The notes below the pieces were generated by a model that saw only the letters and a program-made list of their open reading frames with translations, searched no databases and had not been told where the DNA came from. A DNA stretch of 64,000 bases. Origin: Convolutriloba macropyga. Taxonomy: Eukaryota. The DNA lies in contig NC_134474.1 of assembly GCF_964194025.1 (NCBI RefSeq), positions 51,646,001 to 51,710,000 on the forward strand. The letters run 5' to 3'. Both the position numbers and the translations under genes were made by a program. This document shows, in pieces, positions 63,901 to 64,000 of the stretch; positions within the stretch are counted from its first letter, which is position 1, and each line of letters begins with the position of its first letter.

Positions 63901-64000
63901 ACTTTCATTGTACAAGCGTCATTGCAAAACTATTGATCATATAGAAACACACCATAATTCAAGGTGTGAAAAGGCTTAAATTGTTTTAGGAAAATTATGA
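60905..64000 (-). repeat. Right arm of long inverted repeat (runs off the window)
   Basis: Reverse complement of 25448-28708. Lacks ~115 bp found at 28462-28575 and ~80 bp around 28230-28300. Confidence 0.97.

Larger units (their letters stand above)
25448..64000. mobile_element. Giant inverted-repeat-bounded element carrying a Polinton/Maverick (adintovirus-like) virion module without pPolB; true ends not visible
   Basis: Inverted arms of at least 3.1 kb enclose ~8.8 kb of Polinton-type sequence plus a 23.4-kb nested LTR element. Confidence 0.85.

Noticed and set aside
1-64000. Prokaryotic or phage origin suggested by the overlapping intronless genes
   Set aside because: LINEs, BEL and Gypsy elements and Polinton-type genes all point to a eukaryotic nuclear genome. 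No rRNA, intact tRNA or bacterial operon was seen.

Overview
Repeat-dense, AT-rich eukaryotic (probably invertebrate animal) DNA made almost entirely of nested mobile elements; I could not support any host gene. Left to right: (1) a decayed non-LTR RT (1-2.1 kb); (2) a full-length BEL/Pao LTR retrotransposon (4595-12355; 205-bp LTRs, TCAGT target duplication) with a G-rich minisatellite in its leader; (3) degenerate host repeats; (4) a CRE-like LINE fragment split by an RTE-like insert that has a 42-bp target duplication and an SGNH esterase ORF downstream of its ORF2 remnant; (5) a second SGNH remnant and a MITE. The last 38 kb or more is one unit bounded by inverted repeats of at least 3.1 kb (25448-28708 and 60905-64000; the right arm runs off the window). 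It holds a pseudogenised Polinton/Maverick (adintovirus-like) virion module: DEDD-like nuclease, 2-TM protein, A32 ATPase, integrase, penton, core-like protein, major capsid protein and adenain. No pPolB polymerase is recognisable. The penton gene is split by a giant 23.4-kb Gypsy/Metaviridae element on the minus strand, with gag, pol, a class III chuvirus-like fusion glycoprotein and extra ORFs. By eye, the outer inverted arms (~98-99% identical) are much closer to each other than the nested element's LTRs (~92%). All identities are manual estimates, and family calls come from recognised motifs, not database searches.
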